In this document: positions 51,537 through 62,870 of the stretch, one piece after another
Numbering within the stretch: the first letter of the stretch is position 1
Layout: each line of letters begins with the position of its first letter
From: Octopus sinensis
Lineage: Eukaryota
Assembly (NCBI RefSeq): GCF_006345805.1
Contig: NC_042997.1
Span: 176,390,001-176,454,000 of the forward strand
Direction: 5' to 3'
DNA: 64,000 nucleotides
Translations under genes and position numbers: made by a program
The notes under the pieces: generated by a model
The model's input: only the letters and a program-made list of their open reading frames with translations
Told to the model about the DNA's origin: nothing
The model's database searches: none

Positions 51537-52814
51537 ATATTTTAATTTAAAATAAATAGATAAATATTTTTTTTTATTAATATAAATTTCAAAAGAATAT
51601 CTTAGTAATAAAAATAATCTTCTGCTACTTTCATAATAGAAACAATCTACTGCTACATAAGAAATGGGAAAAATCTACTGCTTCCAGTGAATCTAAAAAA
51701 AAAAAGGTTTTGACTGATCATAATACAAAACATTACATGGCATACTTACTCTATTGATTCTCCGTCAGTTAAGCTGAAATTTTATTGACTGCACTATTTA
51801 AGCATTTGTTGTTTGTATTGTTTACATAATACTGAGTTCCTACCAACTCTTCTCTATCATCAGCATTACTAGTGTCATAGTTTTAACATCTATTTTTCAT
51901 ACTGGTATGAGTTGGACAGATATATTGCAGAGTATATTGTGAGTCACTTCTGTGCTTTGTCAAAATATCAGTGAGATCCTGCATCATGGGATTGGCGTTA
52001 TCCTCTTTTGTTCATATCTTCAGTTCATAGCCCTTTTCTCAGTATCACAAGTCCATACCAGTACAGTCATCTTTCTTGTATACATTGTATGATATCTTTA
52101 ATGCCCAGTCACTCCCAGATCATTTGTGTGGCCCCCGTCCTTGATGCAAATTAAATTTATACATCCAACAAACAGTACTGGACTCATTTTTCTCTCTTGG
52201 TAGATTCACTACATTCAGGATCTTTATTACTCACAGTGAAACACACACTCTTAATATGTAATTCAGGCAGTCTGTTCAAAATTAAATGTCCTTGGGAATT
52301 GTTATATGTCGTTCATCTTGTTTACATTACAGAAAATGCTTAAAACTTGAAGGAGTGGTTCATAGGGTAAAGGCTTGAAGGCCAATATGACAAAGAGCGA
52401 AGTTCTAAGAATTAAGGAAAGAGAGAGGGGGGTAGAAGAATACAAAAGAGAATACAAAAGAGAATACAAAATCCAAGCACTCTGGGAAGTGGCCTTATAA
52501 AACATGTAGGAACAAAGTTAATAGTAGTTCAATACTGATTAGCCAAAACTCAAAAATGATCAGTGGGGTTGCTGTCAGATTGACTATGAATATTGACTTC
52601 ATATATTTTACAGAAGTACACCAGTAGGTAGTGGACAGAAAATAAAGTCCATCAACTACTAAGATGACTCACACAAAGTAGTAGACATTTTCTGTTACCT
52701 AGTTGTGGTAACTGGCGAAAGTACAATAATTAGAAGAAAGATGCAAGATATTGTTTTTTTTAACATACTATAAAGTGTCCCTATAACATCATGTTTCATT
52801 TGGTTGCACTCTTA

Positions 52815-53100
52815 CCTTCCATTTGGGCTTGAATTGTTTAACTATGTCATCTTAGAGGTTTTCCTGAATAATTCCTTCCAGTCTCTTGGATACCACTTGA
52901 TAACTGCACAAATCCATCTCTTGTTTGTAACCCTTGTAATACATCTGACCCAGTGGAATTTGTGCTTTTTATATTCTATGACTAGATTGTTCACTTTGCG
53001 CCATTCTTGAATGTCCTTATTTCAAATATGGTCCTGTAATATATCTAATATGGATCTTTCCATGGTTCATGTTCTAAACTCCCGACCTCTTCTGCAACTC
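52815..53100 (-). pseudogene. Decayed LINE RT C-terminal tail
   Basis: NKDIQEWRKVNNLVIEYKKHKFHWVRCITRVTNKRWICAVIKWYPRDWK resembles the W.GH..R....RW.....W.PR..KR tail of RTE-like LINEs. Confidence 0.6.
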
Positions 53101-54173
53101 TTAGGGTGATTTTGCAACAAGCACAATAATATTCCCTTGACCATTTATTAAAAATTCATTTACAAGTTTTAACCCTACCACAATAAAAAAACCAAAAAAA
53201 AAAAAAAACCAATAGATGAAACAGACAAACAACTGCCTAAATCCTAAACTGTATTTTGAAAATGTAGCTGTCTCTGATCTTACTTTTAACTTCATATGTA
53301 ACCTGAGAAGCTCACCAATTCCCTCTAAATTTTCAAAAGTATGGAGTCTGACAAACATATTTCCTAAGAGAACACATGCAAGATTTGTTCCAAGTATTCC
53401 TTTCCTGATGTTCCGGTGATACAATACAAGAATACCAGTTTAATAAGACACTTTTTCTCATTAATAAGATTTTTAAATATAACTTGAATCAAACTGATTT
53501 ATTTATACAATATTATATTTTAGGAAAACATTTGCAGTGGTAATTTGAAACCTCATCTGCTAAATAATTGGTCAGACACCACATAAGCAAACCATCATAG
53601 TTTCATGTGGCCTGTCTATTAAGCAACCAATCAGCATGAAGCGATTTTCTAGAATGTTCTTTTGTACCCGATGAAAGACCATTTTGCCGCTTTATTAATT
53701 GCAGAGTATTGAAGGTGGCTGACTTATGCATCTTCGCTTTTGCCATCAAACAGTTCCAGACATTTGTGCAGATGACCAAAGCAGACAGCCAAGAACTTCT
53801 GTTGCCACAGAGATTTCCACAGCTGACCTTGGTGTTGTCTTACAGATAGATTTTTATAATTTCAGAGCAATCTGTTTCTATCCGAGTCAACAAGTATTTA
53901 TGTTGTTCATTGTAAATAGCCAACACCAATACCTTTATGTCTGGCAATAAATATTCATTTAAATTTTCACACATTGCTTCAGTTATTATTCACATATCCA
54001 GCAAAAAATATCTACACTGACCAGCCCAACTCAAACAGCAAGCAACAATAAAACATCTATGGAATTACAGATATTTACTGATTACTATATCTAGTAAAAC
54101 TACATTTATTCTCAGAAACTGAAAGCTCATCATATAGCGGTTCAGCAAAATATACTAATAGAATAAGTACCAG

Positions 54174-54395
54174 AGGCGTCGAGATGGCAGAAAGGTTAGC
54201 ATGCTGGGCAAAATGCTTAGCGGTATTTTGTCTGCCATTATGTTCTGAGTTCAAATTCTGCCGGGGTCGACTTTGCCTTTCATCCTTTCGGGGTCGATAA
54301 ATAAAGTACCAGTTATGCACTGGGGTCGATGTAATCGACTTAATCCCTTTGTCTGTCCCCTCTATGCTTAGCCCCTTGTGGGCAATAAAAAAATA
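54174..54395 (+). mobile_element. SINE family B nested in a family A tail
   Basis: 14-bp TSD AGAATAAGTACCAG at 54160-54173 and 54396-54409. Confidence 0.88.
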
Positions 54396-54510
54396 AGAAT
54401 AAGTACCAGGCTTTTAAAAAATAATTCCAGGGGCTGATTTGTTCAACTAAAACCCTTCAAGGTGGTACTCAAGCATGGCCACAGTCAACTGAGTGAAACA
54501 AGTAAAAGAT

Positions 54511-54552
<42 letters not shown>

Positions 54553-55692
54553 TACCTTAGTTTTATTCGAACACATAAGACAGCTATTATGCTTACTCAC
54601 CACAAAAAATACCACGTGGATTCTGTTGAGACCAGTAAGAAACAATTATAAACTTTTTTATTACACTTAACTTTATAAAATATTTTTGATAAGGTTTGTT
54701 ATTTCAAGAAGTACTGAAACATATAAAATTTCTAAGAAAATTAAAATTTTATCTTATATAGTGACATTTTCAAACTTCTTTTTTATAAATATATACCCAC
54801 TCGTATACGACCAACACTTATTATAAATATATATATATATATATTTTTTTTTTTACTAGTTTCAGCTCAGAGCTGCGGCCATGCTGATGCACCGCCGTAA
54901 CATATATATATGTTATTAGTCAAGTTTCCCATAAGTCAGAAAGAAAAGCACACTCAATATAAGTCAGAGAGCAGAAATATGTTTTTATCACCACACATTA
55001 TGTTACTCATTATGACATATGACTGATTAGAATGTTATGCCATAACTTTACTATATACATCTCCCTGTAACTTGGGTATATTCTCTGTCACATCTTCACT
55101 ATCTTATCTCTTTGTCTTTACTCCAACTGAAGTAGCCATGTATCTCTTCTATTGCAAGACAACTTTTTCTGTTCCTTTATTCATACTCTAACTTCTCATC
55201 ATCCTGGAACCAAGCTACTTTCCTCAACACTACTCATTCCTCAGTTGAGGAGTCTTGTCTTGCAAATTACTTAGTGACCTCACTCCTGCTGGTGCCACAT
55301 AAAAAGTGCCCCACATACTCTGTAAAGTGGTTGGTGTTAGGAAGGACATCCAGCTATAGAAACCATGCCAAAATAGACAGCAGAGCTTGGAGTAGTCTTC
55401 TGGCTTTCCGGCTCCTGTCAAACTGTCCAATCCATGCCAGAATAAAATGTAGACATTAATTGATGATGATGAGATGACAATGATATGATGATGGCGATGA
55501 TATATATATATTTATTATATTCAATACTGAATTTTTATTCCGAATAAGAACATTGTTACTGAAATGCAATTCAAAAAAGCCCACCATTTACATAGATGTG
55601 TAAGGGGTGAACAGTTCGATATACTACGGTGGATGCAACAGTTGTTCATCTGGTATGTTGTTTTTGTTCATTCATTATAAATCTTGAATTAT

Positions 55693-55757
55693 GCTTGACT
55701 GATGAGTGAAGAGCGCATATAACTGCACTAATTATGAAATCACTAGTGATCTGCAGC
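55693..55757 (+). ncRNA. Type-I hammerhead ribozyme motif, intact core
   Basis: CTGATGA 55699-55705; 12-bp stem II (9/12 paired including 2 GU, loop TATAAC); GAAA 55736-55739; palindromic stem III ATCACTAGTGAT; AUC triplet (C 55751); stem I GCTTGA/TGCAGC 4/6 paired. Confidence 0.72.
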
Positions 55758-56018
55758 TGAATTCTGTTTTTAAATGACTTGCTTCGAGACTTGTTTTTGG
55801 TACGATATGTTTATTTTTTTTAGTAGTTTTGACTTTAAGAGTCCCTCCTAGCATGTGGCATTTATGTGTAATAATGCCCTCTATGTAATAAAAATAAATA
55901 TATTTAAGTGGAAAAAAATTGATGGATATTTTTTTCTCTTATGAGGTTTTTCACGCTAACTACTTGATAAATTCTTATAAAGATTTCATCCTATTTTTAA
56001 ATTATATATATATATATA

Positions 56019-56595
56019 TCACCATCATCATCATCTTCATTTAGCATCCGCTTTCCATGCTAGCATGGGTTGGACGGTTTAACTGGGGTCTGGGAAGCTA
56101 GGAGGCTGCACCAGGCCCAGTCAGATCTGGCAATGTTTCTATGGCTGGATGCCCTTCCTAACGCCAACCACTCCGTGAGTGTAGTGGGTGCTTTTTACGT
56201 GCCACCGGCACAGGTGCAAGACGAGGCTGGCAAATGGCCATGATTGGATGGTGCTTTTTACGTGCCACTGGCACGGGGGCCAGGCGAGGCTGGCAATGGC
56301 CACAATCGGATGGTGCTTTTTACGTGCCACCGGCTCGAGGCCAGTCGGGGCGATGCTAGCAGTGGCCACATTCGGATGGTTCTCTTACGTACCACCGGCA
56401 TTGGTAGCACAGCTGCAATTTCCATTGATGTTGATCGATTTCGATTTTCACTTGCCTCAACAGGTCTTCACATGTAGAGTTTTGTATCCCAAGAAGGGAA
56501 GGTATGCATAAGTGGACTGGCTACATCCCATGTAGAGGCCACGGGTTACGGTCTCACTTGTCTTGCCGGGTCTTCTCACGCACAGCATACTTCCA
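56019..56595 (-). mobile_element. RTE-type LINE 3' end (ORF end plus complete 3'UTR)
   Basis: Minus strand reads WKYAVREKTRQDK*, then 3'UTR, about 4 tandem hairpin units, conserved end and (GAT)n. Confidence 0.88.
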
Positions 56596-56950
56596 TATAT
56601 ATATATATAGGTGCTGCTAAGATTAAAACAATACCTGAAACAAAATCATTCATAAATGTTAACAAGTTGCTCACCAGTGACAGCTGGTGATACTTATTGT
56701 CTATTCATTGAAAGAAAAAAATATATATTTACAGCATTGTTAAGGCTGGAATGCCTTTGTATTATTTCTTTTTACTGTTATGGAAGTATAAGTTTATGAA
56801 TAAAAAGGAAAAATGAATTTCTGCTGCCAATAATATAAACATTATATTTGAAATAAATTTATGGAGAATTATAATGACTCTCATTCAACAAATCAGCACC
56901 AGTTGTATGCTTTATTTCTAGGTAATATTGAGTATCAAATATCATTCTAA

Positions 56951-57349
56951 TCTTTATATATAAAAGTGAGGTTGTGTGCTGTCTGTCTCCTACGATTTAG
57001 ATTCCTAACTACTCCCACATTTTGCGGTGCAGTTTAACCAAAACCGGGTATCTTATAGTCGTGATTCATATCGAGCCCTTCTGGGTATTAGTGCGCGTCT
57101 ACGATGAGTCTACGATTTAAAAAAAAATTTACCATCAATTTTTCCCATTTTTAATGCATTTTTGGCATATATAAGGGAAGTAACTCTCTAAAAATGTATT
57201 ATTAAATTTCAGAGCGTAAAAAGCTACAGTAACACCCCCCCCCCTTTGTGGTTAGCCATATTGAGATGGCTATTATACTTTACATCTCTAAAAATGCTTA
57301 TATAGTTATTTCCCTTATAAACCCGAGCAACGCCGGGTGATACTGCTAG
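56951..57349 (+). mobile_element. Non-autonomous Helitron
   Basis: 5' A|TC, 3' CTAG|T, subterminal hairpin CCCGAGCAACGCCGGG about 12 nt before the end; no TSD. Confidence 0.85.
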
Positions 57350-57822
57350 TTCTACATGAGGTTAATGATTATTCTCATTAATTGTGTTTTCCTTTCAGCA
57401 TTTTAAAGTTCAATTATATTGTTGTTTGTGCTCATTCAACTCTTAAGAATATACAATAAATTAATAAATATTTTTTTTGAAATTTAGTGGGGACGGTGCC
57501 TAATTTTTGTAAACTCTTCTAGTGGTTGATTTACAGTTAGGACTTCTAGAGTTTAATATTTTCTTTATTTAATAAAGTTCTGTATTTGGACTGTGGTCAT
57601 GCTGAAGCATAGTATTTTAGTTGATTATAGCAATCTTTGTTCTCTGTCTAGTACATTTTTTATTGTTTTTCTTTTTTTAGACTGTTCTCCTTGAAAATTT
57701 TCACATATATAAACCAATAAGTTTTGCAATGAGTTAACCTCTGAAAAAGCCCCAGAAACAATTGTACAACCCTAACATATTTATTTAGATAAAATTTTAT
57801 TTGCTCTATCAATATATATATA

Positions 57823-58785
57823 TAAGGAGGTACCTAAAAGTAACCAGAAATGTTGTCTGTGGGACAATCCCATTGTATTTCAGGCTTCTGCTGCTAGAAG
57901 CCACTTCAGACATCAGTCTGCTGACAGGAGTCATTGAGTTAAGTTGTTCTGCCATGTGATGCATCTTTGTTTTGCAGTGCTTCTCCCTTGTTTGTTGATT
58001 TTTGCAATGGCTGAAACAAAGGTACAACATGCTTCCGTGAAATTCTGTTTTCTGTTGGGGGAAACAGCAAAACACAAGTTTACGAGTGGTTTTTCACACT
58101 TCAGGAATTGTCACTTGTTGCCTGAAGATCAACTCCATCCAGGATGACCGTTGGCCTCCTGAACGAATGAAATCATCATGAAAATTCATGAGATCTTGAA
58201 GGACCAATAATTGACAAACTTGTTGATATGAATGGTGTGTCCTGGAGTTCCTGCCAATGAATTTTGAGAGAGGAATTGCTAATGAAAAGAGTTGCAGCAA
58301 AATTTGTGTCTTGCTTGCCCACGGAAGATCAAAAGCAAACATGACTGAATGTGTGCTGTGAACTGAAAGTACAATCTGGACCTTTCAAAGATCATCACTG
58401 GTGATGAAAGCTGCTGCTATGGAACTTGCAGATGTGAAAGAGGTGAAGAAAAAAACCATGGAGACAACGTTAAAAGGCATCACTTTACAAGAGTTCCAGG
58501 ACTGCTTTGAACAGTGGAAAAAGTGTCTGGACTAATGCATTGCTTCAGATGAAGAATACATTGAAGACAATAAAAGTGTAAGCGGAGTGGTTGGCGTTAG
58601 GAAGGGCATCCAGCCGTAGAAACTCTGCCAGATGAGACTGGAGCCTGGAGCAGCCCCTGGCTTCCCAGACCCCGGTCGAACTGTCCAACCCGTGCTAGCG
58701 CGGAAAACGGACGTTAAACGATGATGATGTAAAAGTAAGTGAATAAAATAATGTTAAAATTTCAGTTTATTTGGGTACCCCCTTG
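57823..58785 (+). mobile_element. Internally deleted mariner element with both TIRs and TA flanks
   Basis: MAETKVQHASVKFCFLLGETA..., IITGDES, ...QEFQDCFEQWKKCLD*CIAS.EEY.E; TIRs (T/C)AAGG(A/G)GGTACC(T/C)AAA; TA at 57821-57822 and 58786-58787. Confidence 0.85.
58582..58729 (+). mobile_element. Short RTE 3' end inserted into a mariner relic
   Basis: Well-preserved CpG-rich RTE tail; possible TGTAA duplication at both junctions. Confidence 0.8.
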
Positions 58786-58882
58786 TATACACACACACAT
58801 ATATATATATATAGCAAATAACTGACTTTTATATGTGTTAGTCCCCTCCAAAGAAGCCTAGGAGCACATCCATTATCCAAGT

Positions 58883-58956
58883 CTTGTCTGCTCATCCCTG
58901 CATAACACTGAAGAAACAGCTTGTCTGCTCATCCCTGCATAACTTGGCAGAAACAG
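58883..58956. repeat. 37-bp tandem duplication
   Basis: CTTGTCTGCTCATCCCTGCATAAC-(ACTGA/TTGGC)-AGAAACAG occurs twice. Confidence 0.85.
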
Positions 58957-59386
58957 CTGTAAGGAACTAGCACCTGCAAACCCATTTAGTTTTTTGCCAA
59001 TTTGCTCACTTGTTTCTATATGCTTATATGTATTCACACCCTTGTTTATGCAGTTACCATTTTTTTTTCACTCGCTAATCTGTACCACTCGTACATGCGT
59101 GTGTGTATTCATCCAATACATTTGAATAAATAGACATACTGGAATGTTTACCGGCTGATATCTGTCAATTTTATATCCTCTCCGTTTTCTTATTTGCTGT
59201 ATAAATCAAGGGTAAACCACTTATTAACCCTGCAGCTCATATCATCTGAGACAAACAAATACAAACTCTCAAAAGTTAGGTACTAAACTGTCTCCTATTG
59301 ATTGCTAGCTTATTGAACCCTTCATTGGGATTAAATGTCTGGTGCAACTATTGTTTACAAATGTATATTTATATACACTCATACAA

Positions 59387-59789
59387 TACTCTTACTCATT
59401 TTTTACTCTTTTACTTGTTTCAGTCATTTGACTGCGGCCATGCTGGAGCACTGCCTTTAGTCGAGCAACTCGACCCCAGGATTTATTCTTTTGTAAGCCC
59501 AGTACTTATTCTATCGGTCTCTTTTGCCGAACCGCTAAGTAACGGGGACATAAACACATCAGCATCGGTTGTCAAGCGATGCTAGGGGGACAAACACAGA
59601 CACACATATGCATATATATATATATACATATATACGACGGGCTTCTTTCAGTTTCCGTCTACCAAATCCACTCACAAGGCTTTGGTCGGCCCGAGGCTAT
59701 AGTAGAAGACACTTGCCCAAGGTGCCACGCAGTGGGACTGAACCCGGAACCATGTGGCTGGTAAGCAAGCTACTTACCACACAGCCACT
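59387..59789 (-). mobile_element. Full-length SINE, family A
   Basis: Near-identical to the other young A copies. Confidence 0.85.
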
Positions 59790-60053
59790 TTGTCTGTCTT
59801 TAACTTCTGAGTTCAAATTCCACTGAGTTTGACTTCACCTTTCATCCTTTTAGGGTTGATAAACTAAGTGTCAGTTGAACATTGGGGCTAATGTAATCAA
59901 CTTAATCCCTTACTCAAGATTGCTGGCCTTGTGCTAAAATATGAAACCAATATTTACATAAATAGAAAATGGATCTCCATAAATTATGATAATGAGTATT
60001 CCATTTATTCAATCAAGTGAATTAACCGACTCTTGAATTACTGTGTATGTAGT

Positions 60054-60385
60054 CAGGCACATGGCTCAGTGGATAGAGTGTCTGGATCACAATCATGCGC
60101 TAGTGAGTTTGGTTCCCAGATCAAACTGTGTGTTGTGTTCTTGAGCAAGACACTTTATTTCACATTGCTCCAGTTCACTCAGCTGTAGAAATGAGTTGTG
60201 ATGTCTCTGGTGCCAAGCTGTATCAGCCTTTGCCTTTCCTTTGGATAACATCAATAGCATGGAGGTGGGGAGGCTGGTATGCAAGGTAGACTGCTGGTCT
60301 TCTGTAAACAAATTTGCTTAGACTTGTGCCTCAGAAGGTAACTTCCTAGGTGCAATCCCATTGTTATTCATGATCGAAGGGGATC
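60054..60385 (+). mobile_element. SINE family D
   Basis: Colinear with the 51195-51536 copy. Confidence 0.75.
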
Positions 60386-60412
60386 ACTCAGTCAAGTATT
60401 TTTCAGGTAGAC

Positions 60413-60809
60413 TCGGCATGACTGTATGGTAACATTTGCTTGCCAAGCACATAGTTTTGGGTTCAGTTCACCATATGGGACCTTGTGCAAGTGTCTTCTA
60501 CTACATCCCCAGACCAACAAAAGCCTTGTGCATGTGGATTTGGTTGACGGAAACTGAAAGAAGCCTGTTATGTATATATATATGTTACTGTCTCCTTGCT
60601 TTAATATTTTGTGATAGTTGAAAATAAGTATCACTGTCCAGCAAGCTGTGTCCTTCATTTCTAATCTTCTTTGAAAACATGTCTAGTCTCAGGGATTATC
60701 TGGAAACAGGTGAGGGTTGGTGACAAGAAGGGCATTCAGCCATAGATAATTTCCTCTCAACAAAATCCTTGAGCATGGAAAAGTGGAAGTTAAACTTATG
60801 ATGATGATG
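60413..60809 (+). mobile_element. SINE family C
   Basis: Colinear with the 11383 and 42520 copies; (GAT)n end. Confidence 0.7.
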
Positions 60810-60993
60810 GTTCTGAATTACACAGAGTATGCCAAGGTTGAGCCTTTTAACTACAGATACAAAACATTTGATGGGCGTTCTCAAAATTTCTTTCTGCTCA
60901 GTTTCACTTATAAGGCTTGGGTTGGCCCAAGGTTATTTACAGTAAAAGACACTTGCCCAAGGTGTCATGCAGTGGTATTGAACCCAAAAGTGT

Positions 60994-61219
60994 GGTGAGC
61001 TGGCAGAAACGTTAGCATGCCGGGCGAAATGCTTAGCGGTATTTCGTCTGCTGCTACGTTCTGAGTTCAAATTCCACCAAGGTCGACTTTGCCTTTCATC
61101 CTATTGGGGTTGATAAATTAAGTACCAGTTGTGTACTGGGGTTGATATAATCGACTTAATCCTTTTGTGTCCTTGTTTGTCCACTCTATGTTTAGCCCCT
61201 TGTGGGCAGTAAAGAAATG
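60994..61219 (+). mobile_element. SINE family B nested in an antisense family A/C head
   Basis: 13-bp TSD GGTATTGAACCCA at 60974-60986 and 61220-61232. Confidence 0.85.
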
Positions 61220-62489
61220 GGTATTGAACCCAGACCTCCTCTCCTTGATTGCAAAATAAGCTTCTCAACCACTTATCCATCATGATGTCTATACACACAT
61301 TTAATAAACAATAGTCTTATCAATGGTTTACACTATTCCAGAGAGAGGTCACAAGAGATGTGTGCATTTCAACTCTTGAATGTTTGCATTTCTTAGTCTG
61401 GAATTATTCCAATCGTAGCTCATGGAAAACTGTTCTAGGCATTGATGGCTGAGTACAAGAAGCTCTTATTGGTATCTGGTTAAAAAAGTGTAAGAGCTGG
61501 TTTTTATTCTTTGCTGCCTTTCATACTGTGGTATGACAGGATTATGTTGCCGTTGGTGGTATATGGAGGATTTTAAGTGCTCTAAGCAAAACCCATTTTG
61601 GTGCCTCCAACTTAATTAGCAAGCATGATGAAGACAAAATTTTGCACGCCATCACACTTGCGCTAGGGGGCAACTCTCCTCATCCTCCTGCTGACTACGC
61701 GTCTAATTGTATAAGAAGCAACTTAAATCTTACTAAGCAGTATATTTATTTGGTAGAGTGTTGTTGAAAGAAATTCTACCGACTGTATAGGATGTCAAAG
61801 GTATATTTGAACACAGCACTACAAGATAATACTCGTCAGTTTAAGAGGTCTTGCTATCAACTGTAGTGAGATGTACGTCTAAATAGCATCTATCTAGAGC
61901 TGAGAATTCCTACAATACATTAATTTCTAATTCTTGAGATTCCATTATTAATTGAACTCTAGATGTCGTTAACTTGAAATTTTGAGTAACTCAATGTCTT
62001 ACCAGATGATAAAAGTAAAAGTTATAGGCAAAGAAATTTAATAGCGACGGAGTTTGTTTTGTAAGAGCAGTCTCTGTGGCTAAATATCTAAACCATTTTA
62101 TTTCCAGAAAGTCGCTATGAAATAGAAATCTGTTCATCATCACCCTTATCTTCTCGATATTTAAAAGCACCACTTACACAATATATATAACTTCTTTTGC
62201 TTTCGTTCATTCTTTATTGCTTTCCGTTCATTAGCTTATTTTTCTTCCAAGATGCGAAAATTATGGTAAAAATATATTTAGACTAGATTATGTAATTATA
62301 TATAAAAAAAAAACTATTTACATCTGAATCTTAAAATAATATCATAGATTATTCCTTAGTTCCAAGGACGATAAAATTTTGAGAATCCATTTTCTCATCC
62401 TACACGGATTAATTTCAGATACGGAATTAATAAAATAAAATACAATAAAATAAGCAGATTAATGCGAAATGTGCTAGAGTTGTCCCCCT

Positions 62490-62560
62490 TCTCCATACAC
62501 GGAAGTTCGAGAGCGCATGATCGTTATCTTAAACGATGGCTGCCGACCAGTCGAAAAAGT
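62490..62560 (+). promoter_or_regulatory. Putative TRAPPC8 promoter (ETS and YY1-like motifs)
   Basis: CGGAAGT near 62499-62505 and GATGGCTGCC at 62535-62544 in a CpG-retaining region about 200 bp upstream of the ATG. Confidence 0.5.
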
Positions 62561-62713
62561 ATTTAGCTTACAACCAGATTTTATCAGAAAATCGCCCTTG
62601 TCTGGGGTTGGGATAACTTTGCTGTAATTATTAATAATCGTAGTTTGATAGTTATATCGTCATTCGTTCATTTCATTGTACAGTTAAACCGAATAATTAA
62701 AAAAAAGTGAACG

Positions 62714-62870
62714 ATGGCGCAGTGCAAGCAGACGGCTCAGGAGTTTATCCAGAACACGTTTAGTCCGCAGGTGGCTGTACTGTGTAGTGCAGATGCTGAA
62801 CATTTGTGTCAAAAAAACAATTTGACATTTGTTGAGTTAGTACAACCATTCTGTCGACTTAACAGCGAAG
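62714..62870 (+). CDS. TRAPPC8: Trafficking protein particle complex subunit 8 (TRAPPIII), first coding exon
   Basis: MAQCKQTAQEFIQNTFSPQVAVLCSADAEHLCQKNNLTFVELVQPFCRLNSE(G) resembles the TRAPPC8 N-terminus (MAQC.Q...E.I...F.P.VA.LCS..AE.L...N.L.F.EL..PF.RL.SE). Donor AG|GTAAGA, phase 1. Confidence 0.93.

Noticed and set aside
53240-53430. Reading resembling a C-type lectin end (WNKSCMCSLRKYVCQ)
   Set aside because: Cysteine spacing does not fit the C-type lectin domain and there are no supporting exons.
61991-62173. Minus-strand ORF and donor near the TRAPPC8 promoter suggesting a divergent gene
   Set aside because: No recognisable protein and no consistent downstream exons found.
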